Shown here in pieces: positions 24,637 to 36,067 of a stretch of 56,965 bases of DNA. Position 1 is the stretch's first letter, and each line of letters opens with the position of its first letter. A model generated the notes under the pieces. The model saw nothing but the letters and a program-made list of their open reading frames with translations. It was not told the DNA's origin and made no database searches. A program made the translations under genes and the position numbers. The stretch comes from Octopus bimaculoides (lineage: Eukaryota). The DNA lies in assembly GCF_001194135.2 (NCBI RefSeq), contig NC_068983.1, positions 11,859,533 through 11,916,497 of the forward strand. Reading direction: 5' to 3'.

Positions 24637-24676
<40 letters not shown>

Positions 24677-25479
24677 TACTGAAATTATTTTATTTGAACG
24701 TTTAGTGCTATCTGATGACAAATAACTTTCTACTAAAATCTTTTGATATGCTAAAAAATCTAAAGCCACATCTTTAAAACAATCTTTNNNNNNNNNNNNN
24801 NNNNNNNNNNNNNNNNNNNNNNNNNNNNNNNNNNNNNNNNNNNNNNNNNNNNNNNNNNNNNNNNNNNNNNNNNNNNNNNNNNNNNNNNNNNNNNNNNNNN
24901 NNNNNNNNNNNNNNNNNNNNNNNNNNNNNNNNNNNNNNNNNNNNNNNNNNNNNNNNNNNNNNNNNNNNNNNNNNNNNNNNNNNNNNNNNNNNNNNNNNNN
25001 NNNNNNNNNNNNNNNNNNNNNNNNNNNNNNNNNNNNNNNNNNNNNNNNNNNNNNNNNNNNNNNNNNNNNNNNNNNNNNNNNNNNNNNNNNNNNNNNNNNN
25101 NNNNNNNNNNNNNNNNNNNNNNNNNNNNNNNNNNNNNNNNNNNNNNNNNNNNNNNNNNNNNNNNNNNNNNNNNNNNNNNNNNNNNNNNNNNNNNNNNNNN
25201 NNNNNNNNNNNNNNNNNNNNNNNNNNNNNNNNNNNNNNNNNNNNNNNNNNNNNNNNNNNNNNNNNNNNNNNNNNNNNNNNNNNNNNNNNNNNNNNNNNNN
25301 NNNNNNNNNNNNNNNNNNNNNNNNNNNNNNNNNNNNNNNNNNNNNNNNNNNNNNNNNNNNNNNNNNNNNNNNNNNNNNNNNNNNNNNNNNNNNNNNNNNN
25401 NNNNNNNNNNNNNNNNNNNNNNNNNNNNNNNNNNNNNNNNNNNNNNNNNNNNNNNNNNNNNNNNNNNNNNNNNNNNNNN

Positions 25480-25815
25480 GAGCGCGATCGTTTCCAGCTT
25501 CGCCTTACTGGCACTTGTGCTGGTGGCATGTGAACAAAACATTGGACTGACTCCTGTGCAGGTGGCACATAAAAAACACTATTTGAGCGTGGCCGTTGCC
25601 AGTACCGCCAGACTGGCCCTCATGCTGGTGGCACGTAAAAAGCACCCACTACACACTCAGAGTGGTTGGTGTTAGGAAGGGCATCCAGCTGTAGAAACTC
25701 TGCTAGATCAGATTGGAGTCTGGGTCGCCAGTCCTCAGTCAAATTGTCCAACATAGAAGGCGGATGTTAAACGATGATGTCTAGCATGGAAGGCGGATGT
25801 TAAACGATGATGATA
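25480..25815 (+). mobile_element. SINE family C with duplicated tail
   Basis: GAAGGCGGATGTTAAACGATGATG occurs twice. Confidence 0.85.
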
Positions 25816-25841
25816 ATAATTTCCTTTATTGTTAACACTAG

Positions 25842-25969
25842 GTATAGAGATGACCATGTCAATAGCAGATAACAGTATTGAAGTTCACACAGCACCATCC
25901 TGTATTGTAGCTCGGGAAGCAAGCGAGAGGAAGTATAATCGTCGTTCTGTCATTGAAGAGCTGCTGCAG
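25842..25969 (+). CDS. MLH3: MLH3 coding exon (GIEMTMS...VHTAPSCIVAREASERKYNRRSVIEELLQ)
   Basis: Resembles the MLH3 'GL..VP.C.VEREA.E' segment. Acceptor ttcctttattgttaacactag| (an in-frame TAA at 25817 limits upstream extension); donor CAG|gtgagg; phase 1-0. Confidence 0.85.
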
Positions 25970-27407
25970 GTGAGGAACAAAACTTCTCTGTTGGTTGTGT
26001 TTTGTTTTTGCTTTTATTGTTGCACTGTTATTTTTTTCTTTTGATGCTGGTAGGTAGAGACATGGCTGTGTGGTTAAGAAGCTTGCTTCCCAATCATATG
26101 GCCTTGGGTTTAGTCCCACTGTGTGGCACCTTGGGCAGGTGTCTTCTGCTATGGCCCTAGATTGACTAAAGTATTGTGAGTGGATTTGGTTGATGAAAAC
26201 TGAAAGAAGCCCATTAAACAAATGTATATATAGGAAATGAAGGACAACACCTACAATGGTTGCAAGAAAACTGTAACATTTATGTTACAGTTTTCATCTT
26301 TTTGGGGTTGATAAAATAAAGTTCTAATCAAGTACTGGGGTATTAATTCCCTCCCATCCATTTTATATCCCCCACCCACCTGACTTATGAAAGGCAAAAT
26401 CTGTTGTATTGGAATTTGAACTCAAAACCTAAAATGACCTAAAAACAAACGTTGCTAAGCATTTTATCTCCTGCTCTGCTGAACCTGCTTAATCACAACT
26501 GTAAAAGTATAAATACTTAAGTGCCATAGAAGTTTAAAGGGCCAGGGCTTAGCTCTGATTTTACGGCACAAAACAGGGGAGAGAATAATCTCCCCTTGGA
26601 TCAAATGCTGGCCTCTCACATGTGACACTTGTTGATGACCTGGTACCTGTTTCCTTTCTTTTTGCTGAACTACGAAGATATAAAATAAAAAGTTCTACTG
26701 AGAAGCAGTTCAATTCCTGTAGCACTTTTGAACTTCTGAATTGCTAGTTCCTTACCTCCCTTACCTTATCCATTCACCTATCTCATTTCTACATATTTTA
26801 GACAGGAGATTTAGTATTGTTTGTTTTTGTTTGTTCTTAAATAATCTTTGTGGCACATTGAGCAAGTGTCTTCTTGTTGGCTCAAGGCCAACAAAAGCCT
26901 TGTCAATAGATTTGGTAGATGGAAATGGAAAGCAATCCTTCATGTATGTGTGAGTGTGTGTGTGTCTATGTCTGTGCATGTGTATGTGTCTCCTTGTCTT
27001 CACATTGTGTGATAATTGTAAATAAGTGTTACTGTGACATAAGCAGCATCATTCGTTTCCAATATTCTGCAGAAACGTAACTGGCAATGAGGAAATGTTA
27101 CCTTGCTTGGAAACAGTTGAAGGTTGGTGACAGAAAGGCCATCTGCTCATAGAAAAATCTGCCTCAGTGAATTTAGTCGGACCCATGTGAGCATGGATAA
27201 GTGGACATTAAAACAATGAGGTTAATGATTATGATCATAATTAGCAAATGATGGATATGAGATTTTTTTTTATTGAATTGATCTGAAGGATAGAGCTGTT
27301 CCCATGACCGTTGCAGGTTCTCCAATACTAGTGAGATAGATGCAGTTAATGTCCCTTTTAAATCTGTGACAGTAGTTTGAGTTTCAGCAGGACATGATGT
27401 TCTGTTG

Positions 27408-27520
27408 AAATGAAATATTTGCTATGACAGTAGCATTGCTGGAGGAAAGGTGGAACCAATCTGTTCTGAGCAACACTTTTATGGGGACAATACTTTTAAG
27501 TCTGCTGTATAACCCTGTAT
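27408..27520 (+). repeat. ~115-bp unclassified repeat, direct copy at 31981-32095
   Basis: Both read atgaaatat.tgc.atgacagtagcattgctgg..caacacttttatggggg..ctgctgtata. Confidence 0.7.
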
Positions 27521-27922
27521 AGGCTGGGGCGAGGGAGGCTAGTGACAATGGTGATACTCAAGGGCTGCCCTGGTTCACACACACTCAAGCTATGTTATTG
27601 TGTCAGGGACATTGTAAATTATTCCTTCTTGATTCCTGTTAATTTTAGGAAAGTAGTTGCTGTTGATTTCTAATTATCTTGCCCCAGCATGGTCACAGCC
27701 TTTATGCTGAAACACATAAATGAATAAAATGAAATAAAGAACTTGAAATCATAATTTTTCCATGTTATTTTTGATGTGTTTTTTTTATTTTTCTGTTTCA
27801 TCTACTTTCATTTTTAAATAGAAAACCATGGCTAAGTACTTTCCTTGCTTGTACATTTATTATATGATTATGAATGAAATAATCTTAAATTATCCTGTTT
27901 TTATTTTCCTTTTCATTTTTAG

Positions 27923-27946
27923 ACTTTAATCAAAGAACAAATTGAA
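27923..27946 (+). CDS. MLH3: MLH3 24-nt micro-exon (TLIKEQIE)
   Basis: Long polypyrimidine tract plus ag|, |gtaagt donor, phase 0-0. Matches the 24-nt 'EFIREQLE' micro-exon of vertebrate MLH3 (recalled). Confidence 0.9.
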
Positions 27947-28784
27947 GTAAGTAAACTAAATTTTCATATTTTGAAGTTGTATATGTCTAACAAGTGATTT
28001 GGTTTGCGACTGTGTGTTGAAACTGAAGCAAATATATGATGCAGCTTCCATTTTAACCCCTCTAGCAACACACAAAAAAATTTATTATTTTTTGTGGTCT
28101 TGAAAGTTTTGAACATGCATGGTCCAGTCCTCCTTGTTGCAGTGTAGTGGCTTACATGCTTCAATGACCCTGAGAACTATGCCAGCATATATTAGTGAAC
28201 TAAACCATTCTGTGGTCTCTGCATGCAATTAGGTGAATGGAGTCATCAAAAGTCAAGTGCTCTTGCCATGAACTATCTCACTGAAGTGCCAGCTACAAGG
28301 AAAATAATCTTGATTCTTGAAGAAGAAAAAATTTTGAATCTCATCCTCTCGTTACAACTATTACATAATCTCAAAACAAAGGTACACACACACACACACA
28401 CACACACATAAAGGGGCTCTTTCCATTGGAGTGGAAACTCCTGATAAGGTTTCTCATGCTGGGCAGATGAAAGAACAGAGGGCAGATTAATAAAGGCTAC
28501 CTCTTTCTAGAGGTTAAAAGAGGTTTACACTGGGCCAACACTGCTGCCTAGAAAAATGCAAAAAAAACAAAAAACAAAAAAGCTAAAGTTACTGAAGCAT
28601 CAATGACATTTCAAAACCAACAAAACCTGGGAGAGGAAGGCATTCACTCAGGGAAAAATATAAATCCACAAGGGAAGCAGAAGAGAAAATGCCCCACCAA
28701 AATAGCTGAAAGTGGGATACTGAGGTAGAGCTGAAAAAACAGCAGAAAAGATACTCCAGAATTGAGAACATTTGAGAAAAGTTA

Positions 28785-28961
28785 TAGGCACAGGAGTGGC
28801 TGTGTGGTAAGTAGCTTGCTTACCAACCACATGGTTCCGGGTTCAGTCCCACTGCATGGCATCTTGGGCAAGTGTCATCTACTATAGCCTCGGGCCGACC
28901 AAAGCCTTGTGAGTGGATTTGGTAGATGGAAACTGAAAGGAATCATTTGTATTTGTATATG
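28785..28961 (+). mobile_element. SINE family B head
   Basis: Same consensus; runs into a gap. Confidence 0.85.
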
Positions 28962-29511
28962 NNNNNNNNNNNNNNNNNNNNNNNNNNNNNNNNNNNNNNN
29001 NNNNNNNNNNNNNNNNNNNNNNNNNNNNNNNNNNNNNNNNNNNNNNNNNNNNNNNNNNNNNNNNNNNNNNNNNNNNNNNNNNNNNNNNNNNNNNNNNNNN
29101 NNNNNNNNNNNNNNNNNNNNNNNNNNNNNNNNNNNNNNNNNNNNNNNNNNNNNNNNNNNGGTGACCAGGTTGCAGTTATGCAATGAAAATTTTGGTATCT
29201 CAAGAAATAAATGAAAAGTGCTTGGAATAGTTTTATGTTTTTTTAGACTGCTAAAATGTCGCTTCTATGATGAAATTGCTAAATTATGATTGGTGCAGGT
29301 ATGGCTGTGTGAAAAACTTCCCAGCAATGAGTTGAGTTCACTCTCATAGCATGGCACCTGTGGCAAGTGTCTTCTGTTATAGTCTCAAGGTCGGCCAAAG
29401 GCTTGTGAGTGGATTTGGTAGATGGAAACTGAAAGGAATCATTTGTATTTGTATATGTGTGTGTGTTTGTGTGCATCCTTGTCTTGTCTTGACATGTGAT
29501 AAATGTAAAGA

Positions 29512-29741
29512 TGGCGAGCTGGCAGAAACGTTAGCACGCCGGGCGAAATGCTTAGCAGTTTTTCGTCTGTCTTTACGTTCTGAGTTCAAATTCCGCCAAA
29601 GCCAACTTTGCCTTTCATCCTTCCGGGGTCGATAAATTAAGTACCAGTTACACACTGGGGTCGATATAAGTGACTTAATACCTTTGTCTGTCCTTGTTTG
29701 TCCCCTCTATGTTTAGCCCCTTGTGCGCAATAAAGAAATAA
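29512..29741 (+). mobile_element. SINE family A
   Basis: Head through AATAAAGAAATAAG tail. Confidence 0.9.
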
Positions 29742-30155
29742 GATGTAAAGAGAGGGTGAGAATCAAAATCTTTTTCCTTGTAGCTGGCACTTCAGTGAGA
29801 TAATTCATGGCAAGAGCACTTGATTTATGATGACCCCATTCATCTAACTGTATGCAGAGACCATGTAATGGTTTAGGTCTCTAATATATGCAGATAACAC
29901 TAGCAATCTATGAGTATTTACTTACTGAGATTGATGCACTTAGTTGGTGGGTTTTTTATGTAGATTGGTCATAATGAATTGTTAAACAATATGACATGAC
30001 TTTCCATTGTGACAATGCAACACTATGAACATGAAGTTTTGATTATGTACTAGTTTCACCCAGTTTTACATTGTGTTCTGCTAATAGCAACAGGTTTTAA
30101 TACAATACAATACACTTACTAAATAATTAAATGGATTTATACATACATACATGCA

Positions 30156-30220
<65 letters not shown>

Positions 30221-30838
30221 AGATATGCACATATATACAAAAATATACATATATATGAGTGTGTGTATTTATATACTCTAGTACACAGACCCACATATTA
30301 GACACCTTTCAATTATAATCAAAACAATACAGTAATAAAAGATTGGTATATGGATTTCATTGTTTTTAAAATTGGTGTATAGATGAACGTGTATATGTAT
30401 CCAATATATATGTGTATATACATGTGCTTGTGTGTATGTGTGTGCACATGCATGTATATATATACACACACACACAACATGAGTGGCTGTGTGGTAAGTA
30501 GCTTGCTTACCAGTCACATGGTTCTGGGTTCAGTCGCACTGCGTGGCACCTTGGGCAAGTGTCTCCTACTATAGCTTTGTGAGTGGATTTCATAGACGGA
30601 AACTGAAAGAAGCCCATCATATATATGTATATGTATGNNNNNNNNNNNNNNNNNNNNNNNNNNNNNNNNNNNNNNNNNNNNNNNNNNNNNNNNNNNNNNN
30701 NNNNNNNNNNNNNNNNNNNNNNNNNNNNNNNNNNNNNNNNNNNNNNNNNNNNNNNNNNNNNNNNNNNNNNNNNNNNNNNNNNNNNNNNNNNNNNNNNNNN
30801 NNNNNNNNNNNNNNNNNNNNNNNNNNAGAATAAGTATG

Positions 30839-30905
<67 letters not shown>

Positions 30906-30945
30906 CTATATGTGTATGTATATATATCTGTGTGTATGTATATAT

Positions 30946-30981
<36 letters not shown>

Positions 30982-31048
30982 CTTTGTATGCGTGTGTATC
31001 ATTTATTTAAACTGGTCTAGTCACCTGTTACCCTGGAATTTCCACAAC

Positions 31049-31772
31049 TTAACCCTTTTGTATTCAGATTACTCTGTCCAATGTAATGCTTATTTATTCA
31101 CATTGATTGGAATTAATCATGTATTATCTCATAGCATCGAGATTTTGATGGTGTGGTTGCTTATTTTTAGAATGGCATTGCAGAATAGGTGTGACAGACT
31201 GGATCTGACCAGTTTGAACATCAAACAGGTAGACTATTTGGGCTGGATATGCACTTTTTAACCCTTTAGGATTCAAACCTGCCATATCAGACCAAAATAT
31301 TTTACCACTTTTGTTGCCAGTGCTGCTTGACTGGCTCCTGTGCAGGTGGCACGTAAAATACACTATTTCGAGTGTGGCCGTTGCCAGTACCGCCTGACTG
31401 GCCTTCGTGCCGGTGACACGTAAAAGCACCCACTACACTCTCGGAGTGGCTGGTGTTAGGAAGGGCATCCAGCTGTAGAAACTCTGCCAGATCAGATTGG
31501 AGCCTGGTGCAGCCATCTGGTTCGCCAGTCCTCAATCAAATCATCCAACCCATGCTAGCATAGAAAGCAGACGTTAAACGATGATGATGATGATGATGAT
31601 GTTCAAACTGGCCAGATCTGGCCTCTTACACATTTCCCTACAATATCACTCCAGAAATAAACAATCACATCATTGAAATCTCAGGGCTGCACGATAATGC
31701 AGGATTAATTCAAAATAATGTGAATAAATAAGCATTACTTTCAACAGAATAATCTGAATGCTAAAGGGTTAA
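31049..31772. mobile_element. Two piggyBac-like MITE copies head-to-head, one interrupted by a SINE
   Basis: TTAA|CCCT at 31049 and 31258, AGGG|TTAA ending at 31772; 31053-31222 is the reverse complement of 31601-31768. Confidence 0.7.
31311..31600 (+). mobile_element. SINE family C nested in MITE
   Basis: Consensus match with (GAT)n tail. Confidence 0.9.
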
Positions 31773-31820
31773 ATGGTAAAAAGTTAAATAAATTTTCTTC
31801 CTTTATTTTTCTCTCTTCAG

Positions 31821-31899
31821 CTTCTGCAAGATACACATGGTTCCAGAGGAACAATACCAAAAACTATTCATAATGTTCTCTGTTCTCAAGCCTGTCACA
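31821..31899 (+). CDS. MLH3: MLH3 coding exon (LLQDTHGSRGTIPKTIHNVLCSQACH)
   Basis: SQACH metal-binding motif; ctctcttcag| acceptor, |gtaagt donor; 79 nt, phase 0-1. Confidence 0.95.
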
Positions 31900-32193
31900 G
31901 TAAGTAAATGTTATAATCACTCACTCCCACCATCTGTATTACAGTAATTATTCAGCCCTCTGTTTTAACCACACCATTGTAATGAAATATCTGCCATGAC
32001 AGTAGCATTGCTGGGGGAAGGGCAGAATCAGTCTGCTCTGGGCAACACTTTTATGGGGGCAGTACTTTTAGGCCTGCTGTATAAAGCCTGTATAGTACAC
32101 AACTAATGAGGAAGATGGTGTTTGGATGGGGGCTCTATGTAGTTACTCAGTCTGCTAATAATAGTTGCCAAGTTTTACTTGAGTCATATCTTC

Positions 32194-32530
32194 ATCATCA
32201 TCATCATCATCGTTTAACGTCTGCTTCCCATGCTTGCATGGGTTGGATGATTTGACTGAGGACTGGTGGACCAGGAGGCGACACCAGGCTCCAATCTGAT
32301 TTGGCAGAATTTCTACAGCTGGATGTCCTTCCTAACGCCAACCACTCAGAGAGTGTAGTGGGTGCTTTTACGTGCCACCGGCATGAAGGCCAGTTAGGCG
32401 GTACTGGCAATGTCCACGCTCAAAATGGTGTATTTTAATGTGCCACCTGCACAGGAGCCAGTCAAGTGGCACTGGCAATGACCTCGCTCGAATGTCTTTA
32501 CATGTGCCATCCAGCACAAGTGCCAGGAAG
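32194..32530 (-). mobile_element. SINE family C
   Basis: (CAT)n start, consensus match. Confidence 0.9.
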
Positions 32531-33360
32531 GCGATGCTGGGCACGAAGGAAGGTACGCAAAAGTGGGCTGGCTGAGACCTTAGATTTAGGTCTCAATTGG
32601 CTTGCCGGGTCTTCTCATGCACAGCATACTATCTTAAAAAAAATAAAGGTGGATTTGGTAGACAGAAACGAAAAGAAGGCAAGGATGTGATGCAAGGATA
32701 TGAATTACAAATGAAGTTGATGAAGTTGTGAAATGTAAGGAGAAATTAAGGGGTGCAAAAAGTAATGTCTGCTTTCTTTATTGAACTGTAGCAGTTCAAT
32801 GTTGAAATGCTAAAGTCCTTCAGCATAAAACTTCATTTTATGGTGTATAAGACACTATTTTTCTTTTTCTCCCCAAATAATGTCTCAAAAACCCACCCCA
32901 GGTCCTGTATGGGAAGCTCAGTCTATATGGCTTTAATGCACTAAAAGCTTTTATTCTGGAATATATGCTACTGAAAATGGTGCACATCTTATATTCCTGA
33001 ATGTCTTTTATACCATCGAATATGGTAGCAGCAGCAGATTTTGAAAATATGATTTGTAATTGTGTATGAGTTCAATAAATCATCATCATCATTTCACATC
33101 ATTTTCCATGCTGGCATGGGTTGGATGGTTCGACAGGAGCTAGCAGAGCTGCCCAAGTTCCAGTTGTCTGTTTTGGCATGATTTCTTGAGATTGATGCTC
33201 TCTCTGATGCTAACCACTTTACAGAGTGTACTGGGGGTCTTTTCTGTGGCACCTGCATAGGTGCTTTTACATGGCACTGGCACAGGTGCTTTTATGTGGC
33301 ACCGGCAAAGATTACTGGTATGGATTGAGTCCCTACTCTCGAGAATATTCTCTGCTGAAG

Positions 33361-33560
33361 GCGGCGAACTGGCAGAAACGTTAGCACGCCGGGCGAAATG
33401 CTTAGCGGTATTTCGTCTGTCTTTACGTTCTGAGTTCAAATTCCGCCGAGGTCGACCTTGCCTTTCATTCTTTAGGGGTCGATAAATTAAGTACCAGTTG
33501 TGTACTGGGGTTGATCTAATCGACTGGCCCCCTCCTTGTGCCTAGAGTAGAAAAGAATAT
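33361..33560 (+). mobile_element. SINE family A
   Basis: Near-consensus head; CCTTGTGCCTAGAGTAGAAAAG tail variant. Confidence 0.9.
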
Positions 33561-33623
33561 TCTCTGTTGAAATTTTGACAGCATTGCAAAATTGTATTGT
33601 TTGTCTTCTTTTTTTTTTTTTAG

Positions 33624-33781
33624 CTGCCATTAAATTTGGTACTGCCTTAACACTGAAGGAATGTAAGGATTTGATGCAGATGCTGCTAAAATGTAAACTA
33701 CCATTCCAGTGTGCTCATGGGCGTCCATCTATGATTCCTCTGCTTAATCTTCAATATTTTAAAAATAGCCTTGAAAAATCG
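33624..33781 (+). CDS. MLH3: MLH3 coding exon (TAIKFG...CKLPFQCAHGRPSMIPL)
   Basis: AIKFG and C(A/P)HGRP motifs; (t)ntag| acceptor, |gtaagt donor; phase 1-0. Confidence 0.96.
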
Positions 33782-34231
33782 GTAAGTCGTTTGAAAAGAA
33801 AGTAAAATGGAACCAGAAATATGAATGTCATGTATGCCTGTGGGTGTGTTTGTTGGATGAGTACCAATTGAGACATTGTTTTACAGCCAGATGCTGTTCA
33901 TGTTGCTAATTCTTATCTGTTTTTCAAGTAACTGACTTTCTTTACCACAGGTCATTGAAAGCACAGAAGTACAGGGTGATTTGTTGGTAGGGAATGTCAA
34001 CAAATATTCGGTTTTTGTTCAGTGCTTTCATCCAAGGCCTAGAAATGTAAACATCTCTGTCTGTCTGTCTGTCTCTCTCTCTCACACACATCCCATGGTT
34101 GAAAAGCTTGCTTTCCAACCATTTGTTTCCAAGTTTAATCTTGCTGTGTGGCACATAGGGCAAGTGTCTTCTACTATAACCCCAGGTTAGCAAGTGCCTT
34201 GAGTGAATTTGGTAGGCAGAAACTGAAAAAA

Positions 34232-34470
34232 GGTGGCGAGCTGGCAGAAATGTTAGCACACCGGGTGAAATGCTTAGTGGTATTTCGTCTGCCGTTACAT
34301 TCTGAGTTCAAATTCCGCCGAGGTCGACTTTGCCTTTCATCCTTTCGGGGGTCGATAAATTAAGTACCAGTTGCATACTGGGGTCGATGTAATCGACTTA
34401 ATCCCTTTGCCTGTCCTTGTTTGTCCCCTCTGTGTGTAGCCCCTTGATGTCAGTAAAGAAATAAGAAACT
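34232..34470 (+). mobile_element. SINE family A inserted into a family-B copy
   Basis: Begins immediately after the family-B GAAACTGAAAAAA. Confidence 0.85.
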
Positions 34471-34849
34471 GAAAAAAAGCCTTATATATATTTGTGTGTG
34501 TGTGTGTGTGTGAGTTGATGTCTCTTAGTTTTGACATCATGTGGGTGTTGTAAAGCAAGTATCACTGTGATATAAGCAGGGTGTCCACAAGGTCTGGGTA
34601 CATGGAGGAAATAAAATCATAACACAAACAATTAAATATAAGAAATAATAATTTCTTAAAGTATGTGTTAATCCCCATGTACCCAGACTTTGTGGACACC
34701 CTGTAGAAGTATAACCAATTTATTGCACATAATTTTTAACAAAATCTTACCTGGACCCTAAAGGGTCACATGGACTCCTGTTGAGAACCCATGGCCTAGA
34801 GCATTGACAATTAGCTTGTAAAAGAGAAAATCTGTTTTCATTTTTACAG

Positions 34850-34957
34850 AGGTTCCGTAAAATAAACCTGCAAAAACTACGAGAAAATCTTAAAGAGCAA
34901 CAACAACAACAACAGCAACAACAACAAGGATTACATGAAAAGGAGGAGAACTTATGA
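34850..34957 (+). CDS. MLH3: MLH3 last coding exon (RFRKINLQKLRENLKE-Q10-GLHEKEENL*)
   Basis: tttttacag| acceptor in phase 0; NLxKLR resembles the MLH3 C-terminus; TGA at 34955-57. Confidence 0.8.
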   Translation, partial: RFRKINLQKLRENLKEQQQQQQQQQQGLHEKEENL

Positions 34958-36067
34958 TATTTTGTGAAAATATAAATTAGTTTGATANNNNNNNNNNNNN
35001 NNNNNNNNNNNNNNNNNNNNNNNNNNNNNNNNNNNNNNNNNNNNNNNNNNNNNNNNNNNNNNNNNNNNNNNNNNNNNNNNNNNNNNNNNNNNNNNNNNNN
35101 NNNNNNNNNNNNNNNNNNNNNNNNNNNNNNNNNNNNNNNNNNNNNNNNNNNNNNNNNNNNNNNNNNNNNNNNNNNNNNNNNNNNNNNNNNNNNNNNNNNN
35201 NNNNNNNNNNNNNNNNNNNNNNNNNNNNNNNNNNNNNNNNNNNNNNNNNNNNNNNNNNNNNNNNNNNNNNNNNNNNNNNNNNNNNNNNNNNNNNNNNNNN
35301 NNNNNNNNNNNNNNNNNNNNNNNNNNNNNNNNNNNNNNNNNNNNNNNNNNNNNNNNNNNNNNNNNNNNNNNNNNNNNNNNNNNNNNNNNNNNNNNNNNNN
35401 NNNNNNNNNNNNNNNNNNNNNNNNNNNNNNNNNNNNNNNNNNNNNNNNNNNNNNNNNNNNNNNNNNNNNNNNNNNNNNNNNNNNNNNNNNNNNNNNNNNN
35501 NNNNNNNNNNNNNNNNNNNNNNNNNNNNNNNNNNNNNNNNNNNNNNNNNNNNNNNNNNNNNNNNNNNNNNNNNNNNNNNNNNNNNNNNNNNNNNNNNNNN
35601 NNNNNNNNNNNNNNNNNNNNNNNNNNNNNNNNNNNNNNNNNNNNNNNNNNNNNNNNNNNNNNNNNNNNNNNNNNNNNNNNNNNNNNNNNNNNNNNNNNNN
35701 NNNNNNNNNNNNNNNNNNNNNNNNNNNNNNNNNNNNNNNNNNTCATCATTCCACATCTTATTCACTTTTTCCAGATCCTGTTGTAAATATCTTATTTTAT
35801 TGTTTAGTATGGTCCACTAAAGATTTTTTAGCAGTAGACTTAATGGCTTATGGAATTAAATTTTATCCATTCTGTATGAGGTTTGACCTGGCTTTTCATC
35901 CTTTTGCTATCAGTAATATGTAAGGGTCAGTTTGATTGACCGTATCTCTTCTCCCCGACAAAAATTTGACCTTGAGCCTCAGTATCAACTCATTTATAGT
36001 GTTTTTTTAAAATTATTTTTAATCAAATTCAATTTTCTAAATAGTGACTGGATTGAATTTGGCAAGG

